A DNA stretch of 31,253 bases from a virus (lineage: Duplodnaviria; Caudoviricetes), in the IMG/VR virus record IMGVR_UViG_3300022893_000005, positions 1 through 31,253 of that record; one strand, written 5' to 3'. The position numbers and the translations under genes were made by a program. The notes beneath the pieces were generated by a model. It was not told where the DNA came from. It saw only the letters and a program-made list of their open reading frames with translations, and searched no databases. Below, one piece after another: positions 1 through 8,402 of this stretch (its first letter is position 1; each line of letters begins with the position of its first letter).

Positions 1-180
1 GATCGCAGTTGCCTGAACAAGCCCTGCATCAACAAGCGACTCTCTCCCCAGATGAGATAACGCTCCTGCCACAAGACCGTGGTAGCCGAGGGCGCAGGTT
101 GCCACTCCTTGCTCCATGTCGCTGTCATCCACCAGCCCTAACATCCGCAGGGAAGTCTCTGGATCAGTCCACCAGCGCAT
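1..180 (-). CDS. Hypothetical head-region protein, 5' part only (MRWWTDPETSLRMLGLVDD...), runs off the window
   Basis: ATG at 180 overlaps the ATPase stop (TGATG); frame is open for all 60 codons to the window edge; not in the ORF track. Confidence 0.7.
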   Translation of the reverse strand, partial: MRWWTDPETSLRMLGLVDDSDMEQGVATCALGYHGLVAGALSHLGRESLVDAGLVQATAI

Positions 181-1208
181 CAGGCACCAGCCGGACGCAG
201 ACGGCCCTTGCGCTTCGAAACCGGCTTGGACAGACGCATCACCTCAGAGGCACGGTCGATGTCCTCAGGATGCAGGACTTCAAGGCGGGCCTCCGGGTCA
301 TTCACCAGCCTTCGTGACTGAGCATGGCGCACTTCCTGCACGAAGTTGCGCACATCTCGGGCATTACCGTGTCCAGGAGTGGCTGCGATCTTGCCGGTCG
401 CCTCCTTGATCTTGGCTCCCACACCCGGCTTGCCCACGTACTGCCCCTCACGCAGCATCCCTCGCCCAATCTTCTCCAGCGACTGGGCGTCGTAGTTGTT
501 GAACGTCAGGGTCTTGGGCAGTCGTGACTTCAGGCCGGGGTTGGTGGCGATCATCTTCTGCATCTCCTTGGGATACCCGGCCATGATGACAACAGTGTCG
601 TCACGGTGGTTCTCCATGTCGGCCAGCAACTGGGTGAGCGCCTCCTGCCCATAGGCATCCTGCTTGTCACCTCCCAGCGAGTACGCCTCGTCGATGAACA
701 GCACGCCACCCCTGGCCTTCTGGAACACCTTCGCGGTCTTCGGAGCGGTCTGGCCGAGGTACTCGCCCACCAGATCGGCACGCTTGACCTCGGTGAACTT
801 GTCCGTGGGAGTGATCCCCAGACCGTGGTACGCACGCGCCAGTTCCCGAGCGATGGTGGTCTTGCCCGTACCAGGCGGTCCTGAGAAGACCAGGTGGTTG
901 GTATCGGACTCCACCGGCAGGCCAGCCTCCTTGCGGCGCTGGTTCACAGCAGCAGTGGCAAGCAGACCGTCGAACTGGTTGGCCACATGCTCCATGCCCA
1001 CCATGCTGTGGACCTTGGCCTGTACCTCCTCCACGACCTTGGGATTGGGTGCAGTCGCCTTCACCCCACCCTGGTCGGCACGTACTGGAGCCCCTGCAAC
1101 CGCCGCCTGCTGATCTCCCGCGCCAGCGGGCTTGAGTCCTTGGACACCCGCTCCAGTCTTGGCCGCGCCGGTCTCGTAGAGGCGACCTGGAGGGACTTCG
1201 CCACCCAC
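180..1208 (-). CDS. CbbX/SpoVK/EccA-family AAA+ ATPase, probably expressed as the C-terminal part of a -1 frameshift fusion with the upstream ORF
   Basis: HLVFSGPPGTGKTTIAR (Walker A), RADLVGEYLGQTAPKT (pore loop), GGVLFIDEAYSL (Walker B), VVIMAGY, NPGLKSR (Arg finger), GNARDVRN (sensor 2); frame stays open upstream to 1253. Confidence 0.92.
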   Translation of the reverse strand: MGGEVPPGRLYETGAAKTGAGVQGLKPAGAGDQQAAVAGAPVRADQGGVKATAPNPKVVEEVQAKVHSMVGMEHVANQFDGLLATAAVNQRRKEAGLPVESDTNHLVFSGPPGTGKTTIARELARAYHGLGITPTDKFTEVKRADLVGEYLGQTAPKTAKVFQKARGGVLFIDEAYSLGGDKQDAYGQEALTQLLADMENHRDDTVVIMAGYPKEMQKMIATNPGLKSRLPKTLTFNNYDAQSLEKIGRGMLREGQYVGKPGVGAKIKEATGKIAATPGHGNARDVRNFVQEVRHAQSRRLVNDPEARLEVLHPEDIDRASEVMRLSKPVSKRKGRLRPAGA

Positions 1209-4200
1209 TGATCCCCCCGTGGGCGGCTCGGGTCTTTTGGGCCTCCTCCAACATCACCCCCTCCCTCGATCATCGCCACGGTTCTCCCGGCAGCGATCAG
1301 TGACCATGCATCCTGGAGCCGGTTGGCCTCGACATCGGGCTGTGGGATCTCGTTCCCCATTGCGACCAGGTCAGCGTCGGTGTTCACGGCCTTGCCCCGG
1401 ATCTTGGCCAGCGTCTCCTGGAACTTGATCGGGTTCTCGCCGGGGGTGATGTTCGGCCCGATGTACTGCTGTGCACCCATCGTGTTGCCACCGTGCTCTG
1501 CATTCGCCTTCTTGTTCCGAGCAGCAGCAATGATCTTGGGCATATCCCGCAGCGCCTTGATCCGGGCTGTCACCTCGGTGCCAACCTCGGCAGCGGACCT
1601 ATAGTCCACACCGCCATCAGTGGAGCCGAGTTCACGAGCCAACGCAACGGTCTTCGGGTCAGCGGCCTTGAGTGCAGCCTGCAACTTCGGGCTGCTGGTG
1701 ATGTTGTTCGTCGAGATGCCGTTGATGGTCCGCACTTGTGGGCGCGCTCCAAAGTGGTAGGGATCACCCTTGCCGTCCACACCACGAGCACTGACGAACG
1801 GATCTGTTATCAGATCGGTGTCTGCCACCTTCAGCGCAAGGTCGGCCACCATCTCGGCTGCCTCGTCTGCAGTCTTGGCAGGAGAACCAGCAGGGCCGAA
1901 GGTGTTCTTGCCCTCGAAGTAGTCCTGTCCAGTGCTGCTGCGCAGGGCATTGGTGAACGCCTGCTTCACCGAAGCACGATCAGTGAGTGCAGCGGTGACG
2001 CGCGCAGCCTGCTCAGGATTGGCCAGTACCGCAGCCGGGTTCTGCTGGCTCATGAACCAGGTGGCGATCTGGATGTTGTCCAGATCCTTCACGCCCTCCC
2101 ACGGGCCACCTGCTGGGGAGTTGGCGAGGTTGACCCGCTGTGCCGACAGCGCGCCGAAGGTGTTGGTCAGTTCCGTCAGGGCCTTGGTCCGCTCGACTTG
2201 AGCAGCGGCCTTGTATCCGGCAGCCATCTCCTGCAGACCACCAGCGGGGCCACCCATCGGACCACTGAGCCCCTGCGCCGGAGGTGCGCCACCTGCGCCA
2301 CCATCACCGCCCCCAGCAGGGCCTTCAGGCTTGGGCTGGCTTGCCTGGAAGCGGTCGCCGCTGAGCGGCTTCTTCAGTCCGCTGGCACCATCAGCCCCGA
2401 TCTCGGGCTTGTCCGTGCGGTAGAAGCCACCACGCACGGTGTGTGCGCGAATGCCGCCCGGACGCATGTAGCCCTTGTCCTCACCCTTCAGGCGCTGACG
2501 CACCACCCCAGCCTCTGGCCGCTGTCCACGGGAATCGAGGAAGCCCGGATCACCCTTCGTACCTGCGAGGGGCTCGTAGGACACGTTCCTGATGAAGTAC
2601 GGGAACTGCTGCTGCAAGGTCTGCAGGGCAACCTGGTATCCCTCAGCGTTGAGCCGGAGCCGAGAAGCCTTCTCGCTAGAGGCCTTCTCCTCCAGTTCGG
2701 TGTACACGTCATTGATCATCCGCTGACGCTGCTGGGAAGAACCTGTGCGCTGGGAATCAACGGTGGTGGTGGCCTGCTCCATCAAGGCCTCGGTCTCTTC
2801 CTCGCTGAGCGAGGTAGCAGCAGCGCGTGCCTGCTCCTCCAACCTCTTGTAGGCGCTGTCGTAGTCATCACCAGTGCGCGTTCCAGCGATCTCGGCAGCC
2901 TGATTCCGCAACTTGGCCTTCTCAGGCCCAGAGATGTCCTGTGTGTACAGCCCAGAGTTCTCCACCGCATCAAGGATCTGCACGTAGCGCCGAGACATGG
3001 AGCGCGCCTTGTCACTGCCAGCCCGCGCACCACGCAGGTTGGGGTCGAACTCGATGCTGTGGACTCCAGACGAGGACACCACAGTGGCCATCCGAGCACC
3101 ATTCCCGACCGCGGCAGCGATGTCCTCGCCCGTAAGCCCGCCCTGAACGCGCGTGCGCACGTACTGGCCACCACGAAGCCTGCCCTTGATGTTCTTGTAG
3201 TCGAAGGGCAGGTAGGTGTCGTCACCGAAGCCCACCGCCTGTGAGACCACATCACCATCGGCGTCGATGAGCACGCCCTGCGAGGGCAGGATGTTGCCCG
3301 ACTTGCGGGACAGGTCACCAATCATCCGATTGGCCGGAATCTGCTTGAGCAGGTGCATCGCGGCGATGTCGGAACGGACCCGCATGTTCAACTGATCCTC
3401 GGTGAACGGCTCCTCCTCGATTGCTGCCCGCCTCAGGTTGGCCTTCAGAGATCCCTCAAGCGGACCCATCTCCATAGGCCGGTCACCACGTCCAGTACGC
3501 CCCACTGCTGCGATATCAGGCTGAGAGAGGAGCGCCTCCGTCATCGGGCCATCGCCCTCCTCACGGGCAGCCCGCTCCACGTTGCTCATCTGCGGACTGT
3601 TCATCACCCGCATCAGGTCGATGTCAGGCTCCTTCTCGGTGCCCCGGTAGCGGTAGGCAGCCTGACGCACACGCGGGTCCATGACCTTCTCGGCCTCTGG
3701 ACCCCACTCGCCCATGAACCGGGCCATCCCTGCCATCTTGTCGTGGCCGGTGGCGTCGAGGACGCCAGCACCTGACTTGAACCTCCCGAACAGGCTGCTC
3801 AACTTGCCCTGCTCAGGGCCACGGGGCATCAGCGCACTGGTCAAGGCACCGCGCTGCTTCTCGTCCATGCTGCCCAGAGTGGCCATCTGCTGCCCACCCA
3901 TCGCACCAAGGGTGTTGAAGCGGTTGACCTTGGTCTTCAGGTCATCAGGAGCATCGCCCTGTGCGTCGATCTCGATGCTGATGATCTTGTCGTCGATGCC
4001 GATGCCGCCCTGGCTGTTGTACAGGGAGTCGGGCATACCGTGTGCGGCGTCAGACAGCGGGGCACCGAAGGTCTTGATGGTGCCGTCATCACTCTGCACC
4101 TGGATCAGCGCAGTCATCTTCTGACGCTCGCTGTGGCTGAACGCTCCGCCGAACTCACGCAGGATCTCGTCGGCCTGCTCGTACTGGGCCTGGACGCGCT

Positions 4201-4702
4201 CTACCTTGTCCCGCTCACTGGGATCAGCCAGCGTCCGGGCACCACCCTCCGCCCTGATCTTGTTGCGCACCGGATGGGCCACCTGCTGGATGTTCTGGTA
4301 CTGGGTGGGGTCACGCCTGCGGTTCTGGTTCACGCCACGGGAGAACCGGCCACGCGAGTCACGCCTGTGCTTGTTCTCATCCTGAAGATCCCAGACCGCA
4401 GTGGCCTTGCTGACCAGCGTGTCGATGGTGAAAGCCTCAATGCCTGCCAGCCACTCAGCAGCCTTGTGCACCTCATCGGAGGGGTAGAAGCCGTTGGCTA
4501 CATCGGTGGCGTACTGACGCAGCAGGGCACGCTTGGCCACCACCACACGCTGGCTGACGTAGGCAGCGGCGCTCTTGTTCAGCAGTTCGGCGTTGTCCAG
4601 GGCAAGGTCGGTCAGGGTGTCCAGCACGATGTCGTCGATCATGCTCTCGGCGGTAGCCGGGTCAGCCTTGTACACCGCCTCAAGGGCGTCCATCACGCTC
4701 AT
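1061..4702 (-). CDS. Large (1213 aa) putative head-packaged/ejected protein with an HxRDxxGRF motif and a degenerate JAB-like segment
   Basis: Start moved to ATG 4702 behind TAGGAGAGAC; WDLQDENKHRRDSRGRF follows an N-terminal cluster of V-x-K motifs; lies downstream of the portal; function inferred. Confidence 0.75.
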   Translation of the reverse strand: MSVMDALEAVYKADPATAESMIDDIVLDTLTDLALDNAELLNKSAAAYVSQRVVVAKRALLRQYATDVANGFYPSDEVHKAAEWLAGIEAFTIDTLVSKATAVWDLQDENKHRRDSRGRFSRGVNQNRRRDPTQYQNIQQVAHPVRNKIRAEGGARTLADPSERDKVERVQAQYEQADEILREFGGAFSHSERQKMTALIQVQSDDGTIKTFGAPLSDAAHGMPDSLYNSQGGIGIDDKIISIEIDAQGDAPDDLKTKVNRFNTLGAMGGQQMATLGSMDEKQRGALTSALMPRGPEQGKLSSLFGRFKSGAGVLDATGHDKMAGMARFMGEWGPEAEKVMDPRVRQAAYRYRGTEKEPDIDLMRVMNSPQMSNVERAAREEGDGPMTEALLSQPDIAAVGRTGRGDRPMEMGPLEGSLKANLRRAAIEEEPFTEDQLNMRVRSDIAAMHLLKQIPANRMIGDLSRKSGNILPSQGVLIDADGDVVSQAVGFGDDTYLPFDYKNIKGRLRGGQYVRTRVQGGLTGEDIAAAVGNGARMATVVSSSGVHSIEFDPNLRGARAGSDKARSMSRRYVQILDAVENSGLYTQDISGPEKAKLRNQAAEIAGTRTGDDYDSAYKRLEEQARAAATSLSEEETEALMEQATTTVDSQRTGSSQQRQRMINDVYTELEEKASSEKASRLRLNAEGYQVALQTLQQQFPYFIRNVSYEPLAGTKGDPGFLDSRGQRPEAGVVRQRLKGEDKGYMRPGGIRAHTVRGGFYRTDKPEIGADGASGLKKPLSGDRFQASQPKPEGPAGGGDGGAGGAPPAQGLSGPMGGPAGGLQEMAAGYKAAAQVERTKALTELTNTFGALSAQRVNLANSPAGGPWEGVKDLDNIQIATWFMSQQNPAAVLANPEQAARVTAALTDRASVKQAFTNALRSSTGQDYFEGKNTFGPAGSPAKTADEAAEMVADLALKVADTDLITDPFVSARGVDGKGDPYHFGARPQVRTINGISTNNITSSPKLQAALKAADPKTVALARELGSTDGGVDYRSAAEVGTEVTARIKALRDMPKIIAAARNKKANAEHGGNTMGAQQYIGPNITPGENPIKFQETLAKIRGKAVNTDADLVAMGNEIPQPDVEANRLQDAWSLIAAGRTVAMIEGGGDVGGGPKDPSRPRGDQWVAKSLQVASTRPARPRLERVSKDSSPLAREISRRRLQGLQYVPTRVG
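1189..1241 (-). promoter_or_regulatory. Putative -1 programmed ribosomal frameshift signal
   Basis: In-frame heptamer C_CCA_AAA (1241-1235), 7-nt spacer, 9-bp stem GCCGCCCAC/GTGGGTGGC, and loop GGGGGGA complementary to downstream TCCCTCC; the -1 frame is the ATPase frame. Confidence 0.8.
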
Positions 4703-4709
4703 GTCTCTC

Positions 4710-6152
4710 CTATCGAACCGATCCACGGAAGGGGACCTGTCGCGTCATCCCGGTGTACGGATTCCTGATCGTGCGGAGCCCTGCTGTAGTCACGCCCCGG
4801 TGGGTTGGAGGCTTGATGGAGAACTTCGGCACTCGCAACAATGCCTTAGCCACGTCCACTTGTCGGTCACGGTCGCCGCTCAGGTACATCTTCTCGACCT
4901 TCCTGCGGCCCTTGGGGATCGCTGCATCCATCGCATCCAGGTCTTCGGGCTTGTGGTACAGGTAGCCGTGCTCTGGATGCTTGTAGTGCGGATCACCAGC
5001 GGCTGACTTGTACCGCTTGCGGCTCGGGGGTGGCGTCTCACGGTGCTCGGGCTTCCAGTGCTTCTTGGAGCCATACTGCTTCTGCGCCCACTTGTACGAG
5101 GGGCGATGCCCCATAGCCAGGCTCTCCTTGCCGCCTGTGGCCTCGTAGTGGCTGTCGGAGATGTAGTCGCTCTCGTTGTTGTACTTGCTGACCACAGCCT
5201 TGTGGACGTTCTTCAGGGCGTTGCTGCTGCGACCCTCGGCCTTGGTCTCCGAGCGGTTGATCCGGGCGTAGTTCAGCGATCCCACCGAGCCCACCCCAAG
5301 GGAGCCGATGCCGATGGTGCTGCTGGCATTGGTGGTCTTGGGCGCAACAGCAGCAACCCGCTTCAACGTCCCCGAGTTCGCCAAGTGCCTGGACCGCATG
5401 GCCAGAGGAGCCAGCCGAGGAGCCTGCAAGGCGAGCGCAGTAGCACCCAGCCCTGCTGATGTGAGCGAGTACCGGGTCTGCTTCTTCTTGCGCCGCAGCA
5501 GATCCCTCTGCTCGTTCTGGGCCAGCGTGTTGATGGCCGCATCGTCGGAGCGCGTCTTACTGACCTTGCTCAGCGGGGTCTTCTCCTTATTGCGCCTCAT
5601 CCTGCGAGCAACCGGGGTAGCAGCCATGACACCGCTTGTCGCACCTACTGCTGATCCAGCAGCAGTACCGAGCAACTTGAACTTGGTCGGAGCCACCCTG
5701 TGGCCAATAGCACCACCGCCTGCTGCACCACCAGCAGTACCAGCAGTCAGCGCAAGCGCCTCGTCGAACTTCCGCTGATGCGTCTTCGGTGATGTTCGGC
5801 CCACAGTGCGGTACGCCGACTCGTTGATCACGTCCTCTTTCAAGTCGAGCCGATCAACGTGCTTGGGCTTCGTGGTCAGCAGGTTCTTCGCCCCCACAGC
5901 AGCCAACGGCGCACCTGCAGCGATCACACCACGAGTGCCCAGCCAGCCTGCTGCGTACTTGCCATGCTTGGGACTCACCCTCTTCGTGCGCGCGATGTCC
6001 TTGACCGCTCCAACCGGACCTTTGATGCCCGTCTTGCGGGACACCTGTCGCTGTACCGCAGTGGCGCCGCCGACCATCGCGCCACCGGCCACCAGTTTGC
6101 CCGCAGCGTTGCGTCGCCTCTCGTGCGCTTCCTGTGCCGTCAACTCGGACAT
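4710..6152 (-). CDS. Basic Gly/Ala-rich protein (480 aa) with about six glycine-zipper hydrophobic segments; putative virion protein
   Basis: Segments such as KLVAGGAMVGGATAV, ALALTAGTAGGAAGGGAIG, LLGTAAGSAVGATSGVMAA, IGIGSLGVGSVGSL; start taken at ATG 6152 (MSELT); co-oriented in the portal operon. Confidence 0.75.
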   Translation of the reverse strand: MSELTAQEAHERRRNAAGKLVAGGAMVGGATAVQRQVSRKTGIKGPVGAVKDIARTKRVSPKHGKYAAGWLGTRGVIAAGAPLAAVGAKNLLTTKPKHVDRLDLKEDVINESAYRTVGRTSPKTHQRKFDEALALTAGTAGGAAGGGAIGHRVAPTKFKLLGTAAGSAVGATSGVMAATPVARRMRRNKEKTPLSKVSKTRSDDAAINTLAQNEQRDLLRRKKKQTRYSLTSAGLGATALALQAPRLAPLAMRSRHLANSGTLKRVAAVAPKTTNASSTIGIGSLGVGSVGSLNYARINRSETKAEGRSSNALKNVHKAVVSKYNNESDYISDSHYEATGGKESLAMGHRPSYKWAQKQYGSKKHWKPEHRETPPPSRKRYKSAAGDPHYKHPEHGYLYHKPEDLDAMDAAIPKGRRKVEKMYLSGDRDRQVDVAKALLRVPKFSIKPPTHRGVTTAGLRTIRNPYTGMTRQVPFRGSVR

Positions 6153-6403
6153 TGCGCCGCCCACCACATGCTCAAGTCGCTCACGCGCTCCTGTCCGTGC
6201 TTACCCATCAAGGCCATCGTCACGTACACAGAGGCGCTGAGCATGGACGCCAGAACACATTCGTCCTCGGCACCCTTGTCATGGCAGGCCTTGGAGTACA
6301 GGTTCATCAACAGGGCTGCATCCTCAGCACGCTCGTCGTACAGAGCGCCCAGCACACCCAGCACAGTGGACACCGACTCGGTCTGCTCCACCTTGCTGCA
6401 CAT
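6140..6403 (-). CDS. Hypothetical protein (87 aa)
   Basis: TGATG coupling at 6403; fills the operon gap. Confidence 0.65.
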   Translation of the reverse strand: MCSKVEQTESVSTVLGVLGALYDERAEDAALLMNLYSKACHDKGAEDECVLASMLSASVYVTMALMGKHGQERVSDLSMWWAAQCPS

Positions 6404-6822
6404 CAGCCCTCCTTCTTGCGCTTCCGATTGGTATGCACGAGGTACGCACCAGCGACAGGGACGCCTACGCCAGCGCCTATCAGAGCGGCCTTGCCACCTC
6501 CACCGCGACCGACCTTGATCTCCTTGAGAGCCCCAGGCTTCACATCAGCCTGGTAGTGGGCCGGGTTGGGCAGTTTGATCTCAGCGTTGGCCCTGGCTCG
6601 TCCGAGATATGCCTGCTGCGCTCGCTTCTGGCGATCAAAGGCCATCTCGGACACAACATGTGGTGCTGCTGAAGGCGCTCTTCCACCACGCTTCGCCTGA
6701 ATGTCCTGCTGCCACTTGTGCCCCGTCTCCACACGCCGCCTCAGAGAGCGGCTGTACTCCTCATGCAGAGGATCTGTTGCGCTCTTGCTCACCCGTGCTA
6801 GCAGATAATCCTGCTTGCTCAT
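6403..6822 (-). CDS. Basic protein (139 aa) with a C-terminal glycine-zipper/TM segment
   Basis: ATGA overlap with the portal stop; GKAALIGAGVGVPVAGAYLV followed by NRKRKK; RVSK near the N-terminus. Confidence 0.75.
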   Translation of the reverse strand: MSKQDYLLARVSKSATDPLHEEYSRSLRRRVETGHKWQQDIQAKRGGRAPSAAPHVVSEMAFDRQKRAQQAYLGRARANAEIKLPNPAHYQADVKPGALKEIKVGRGGGGKAALIGAGVGVPVAGAYLVHTNRKRKKEG

Positions 6823-8402
6823 TGCGGTGGACCTCCCGGTGGAAGCGCCTGCTGTGGTGGTGCTCCTGGTGGAGCGCCCGGAGGCTGGCCAGGAGCGCCG
6901 CCCATCACGGCCTGCTGCTGCTGTGCCTGCTGCACTGCAGGGTCCATCGCCATGGCCAACTGGTTGCGAGCAGTTAGGTACTCAAGGTTGGTCTGGGCGA
7001 ACTGGGTGGCCTCGGTGCGCATCTGCATCATGCGCCGCTTCTCCACCTCCTGATCGTCCAACTTGGGCAGACGCGCTGCATCACGCACGAAGTTCTCAAG
7101 GTCACCATCGGGGAACCATGTGATGCCGGTGTTGGCCATCGCACCCATGAACTGCGACAACTGGGCGATGTCCGGGCTGTCCACGTCATTGGGCACGATC
7201 TTGGGCAGCGCATCGGGCTTCCAGCCGTTGGCCCGGAACAACTTGGGCATGGCCGACCTGTTCAACTCATCGGCGATGGCTTGGCTGATGCTGTTCAATG
7301 AGGTACGGAAGATGCCTGTCTTGTCCGTGTGAAGAGAGTAGGAGCCCACGGACTGATGTCCGACCATGATGAAGTCAGCAAGGACGGTCTGCAGAATGCG
7401 TTCTTCATAACGGCGGATGATCTGGTCCGTGTTGAAGGCACGGCCCCCACCTCCACCCAGCAACTCGAAGGAGTAGAGGGGCTGCTTGGAGTCCTGGTCG
7501 TAGGCGATGGGGAATACGACGCCTTCCTGCTCGTTGCGCCGTACGCCCTTCACCATCTTCTTGAACGCCTCGACAGTCTTGGCCTGCTCGCTGCCGGGCT
7601 TGGCCTTGAGGTACTCGGCGGGAACCTTCACGACTGGCATGCCCGCAAGGTCACGCTCAACCCCGACAGCCTCGAACTCCTCCATACGCTTCTTCATGTA
7701 CCAGGGGCGGTACATGGTTCGTAGCATCGAGATGCCCTCGGGATTGCCCTTGTGATGGCGGTACCGGAACAGCAGGCTGCGTGATCTTGGCAGCGTGGTG
7801 GTCTGGTACTTGGGCGGGGCCAACTGGATCATCGCCAAGGTCTCGCCCGAGTCGTCGAAGACCCACCGCAGGAGTGTCTCCTGTGCTCGTATCGGCATCT
7901 TGCGCCAGCCAACGAGTCCGTCACTGTGCTTGGACTGCTGGGTGGGGTTACGTGCCCAGATGCCTTGCCTGCGCTTGTACACCACCTCGTGCCATGACCA
8001 GCCATAGACGAGACACGACAGAGCCTCGGAGATGAAGTCATCCCATGTGTGCTCCATGTCCTCCATGCAGTCCTCTACGAAGCGGGCTGCGTTGCCATCG
8101 TCCTTGGACTTGCCTGCTGGCTCGACTCTCCACTCCTGGTTGCGAAGGAGTCTGTCGATGCTGAAGAGCAGAGCGCCCACGAGCGGCTCATTCTCAGACA
8201 TCTCCTTGTAGACCTGCACAGCCTTGCGGCCACGCAACTGAGGAAGGAACTCCTCATCGAGATAGCCGGATGCGCGCTTGAGGCCGGTGACGCCGAGTTC
8301 CCTGAACTCCGAGAGACGCTCGACCTCGGCCAGCATCTGCTGATCGACGCCAGAGGAATCCTCCGGTGTCCCGTATGGCCGATGATCCTCGATGATGCTC
8401 AT
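6819..8402 (-). CDS. Portal protein, DUF935/Mu gp29-like
   Basis: LSCLVYGWSWHEVVY, GNPEGISMLRTMYRPWYMKK, GVERDLAGMPV, GSYSL; 527 aa; downstream of the terminase; Q/P/G-rich tail. Confidence 0.9.
   Translation of the reverse strand: MSIIEDHRPYGTPEDSSGVDQQMLAEVERLSEFRELGVTGLKRASGYLDEEFLPQLRGRKAVQVYKEMSENEPLVGALLFSIDRLLRNQEWRVEPAGKSKDDGNAARFVEDCMEDMEHTWDDFISEALSCLVYGWSWHEVVYKRRQGIWARNPTQQSKHSDGLVGWRKMPIRAQETLLRWVFDDSGETLAMIQLAPPKYQTTTLPRSRSLLFRYRHHKGNPEGISMLRTMYRPWYMKKRMEEFEAVGVERDLAGMPVVKVPAEYLKAKPGSEQAKTVEAFKKMVKGVRRNEQEGVVFPIAYDQDSKQPLYSFELLGGGGGRAFNTDQIIRRYEERILQTVLADFIMVGHQSVGSYSLHTDKTGIFRTSLNSISQAIADELNRSAMPKLFRANGWKPDALPKIVPNDVDSPDIAQLSQFMGAMANTGITWFPDGDLENFVRDAARLPKLDDQEVEKRRMMQMRTEATQFAQTNLEYLTARNQLAMAMDPAVQQAQQQQAVMGGAPGQPPGAPPGAPPQQALPPGGPPQ

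Noticed and set aside
180-1208. Type VII secretion or Rubisco locus suggested by the EccA/CbbX-like ATPase
   Set aside because: No WXG100, EccB/C/D, TPR domain or Rubisco genes are seen; the context is a phage head operon
1189-1241. Tail assembly chaperone (G/GT-type) frameshift
   Set aside because: The upstream ORF is over 1200 aa, the downstream ORF is an AAA+ ATPase, and no tail tube or tape measure gene is adjacent
1493-3244. 583-aa plus-strand ORF and many other long antisense ORFs
   Set aside because: They are shadows of real genes in high-GC DNA, with no motifs, RBS or operon coupling
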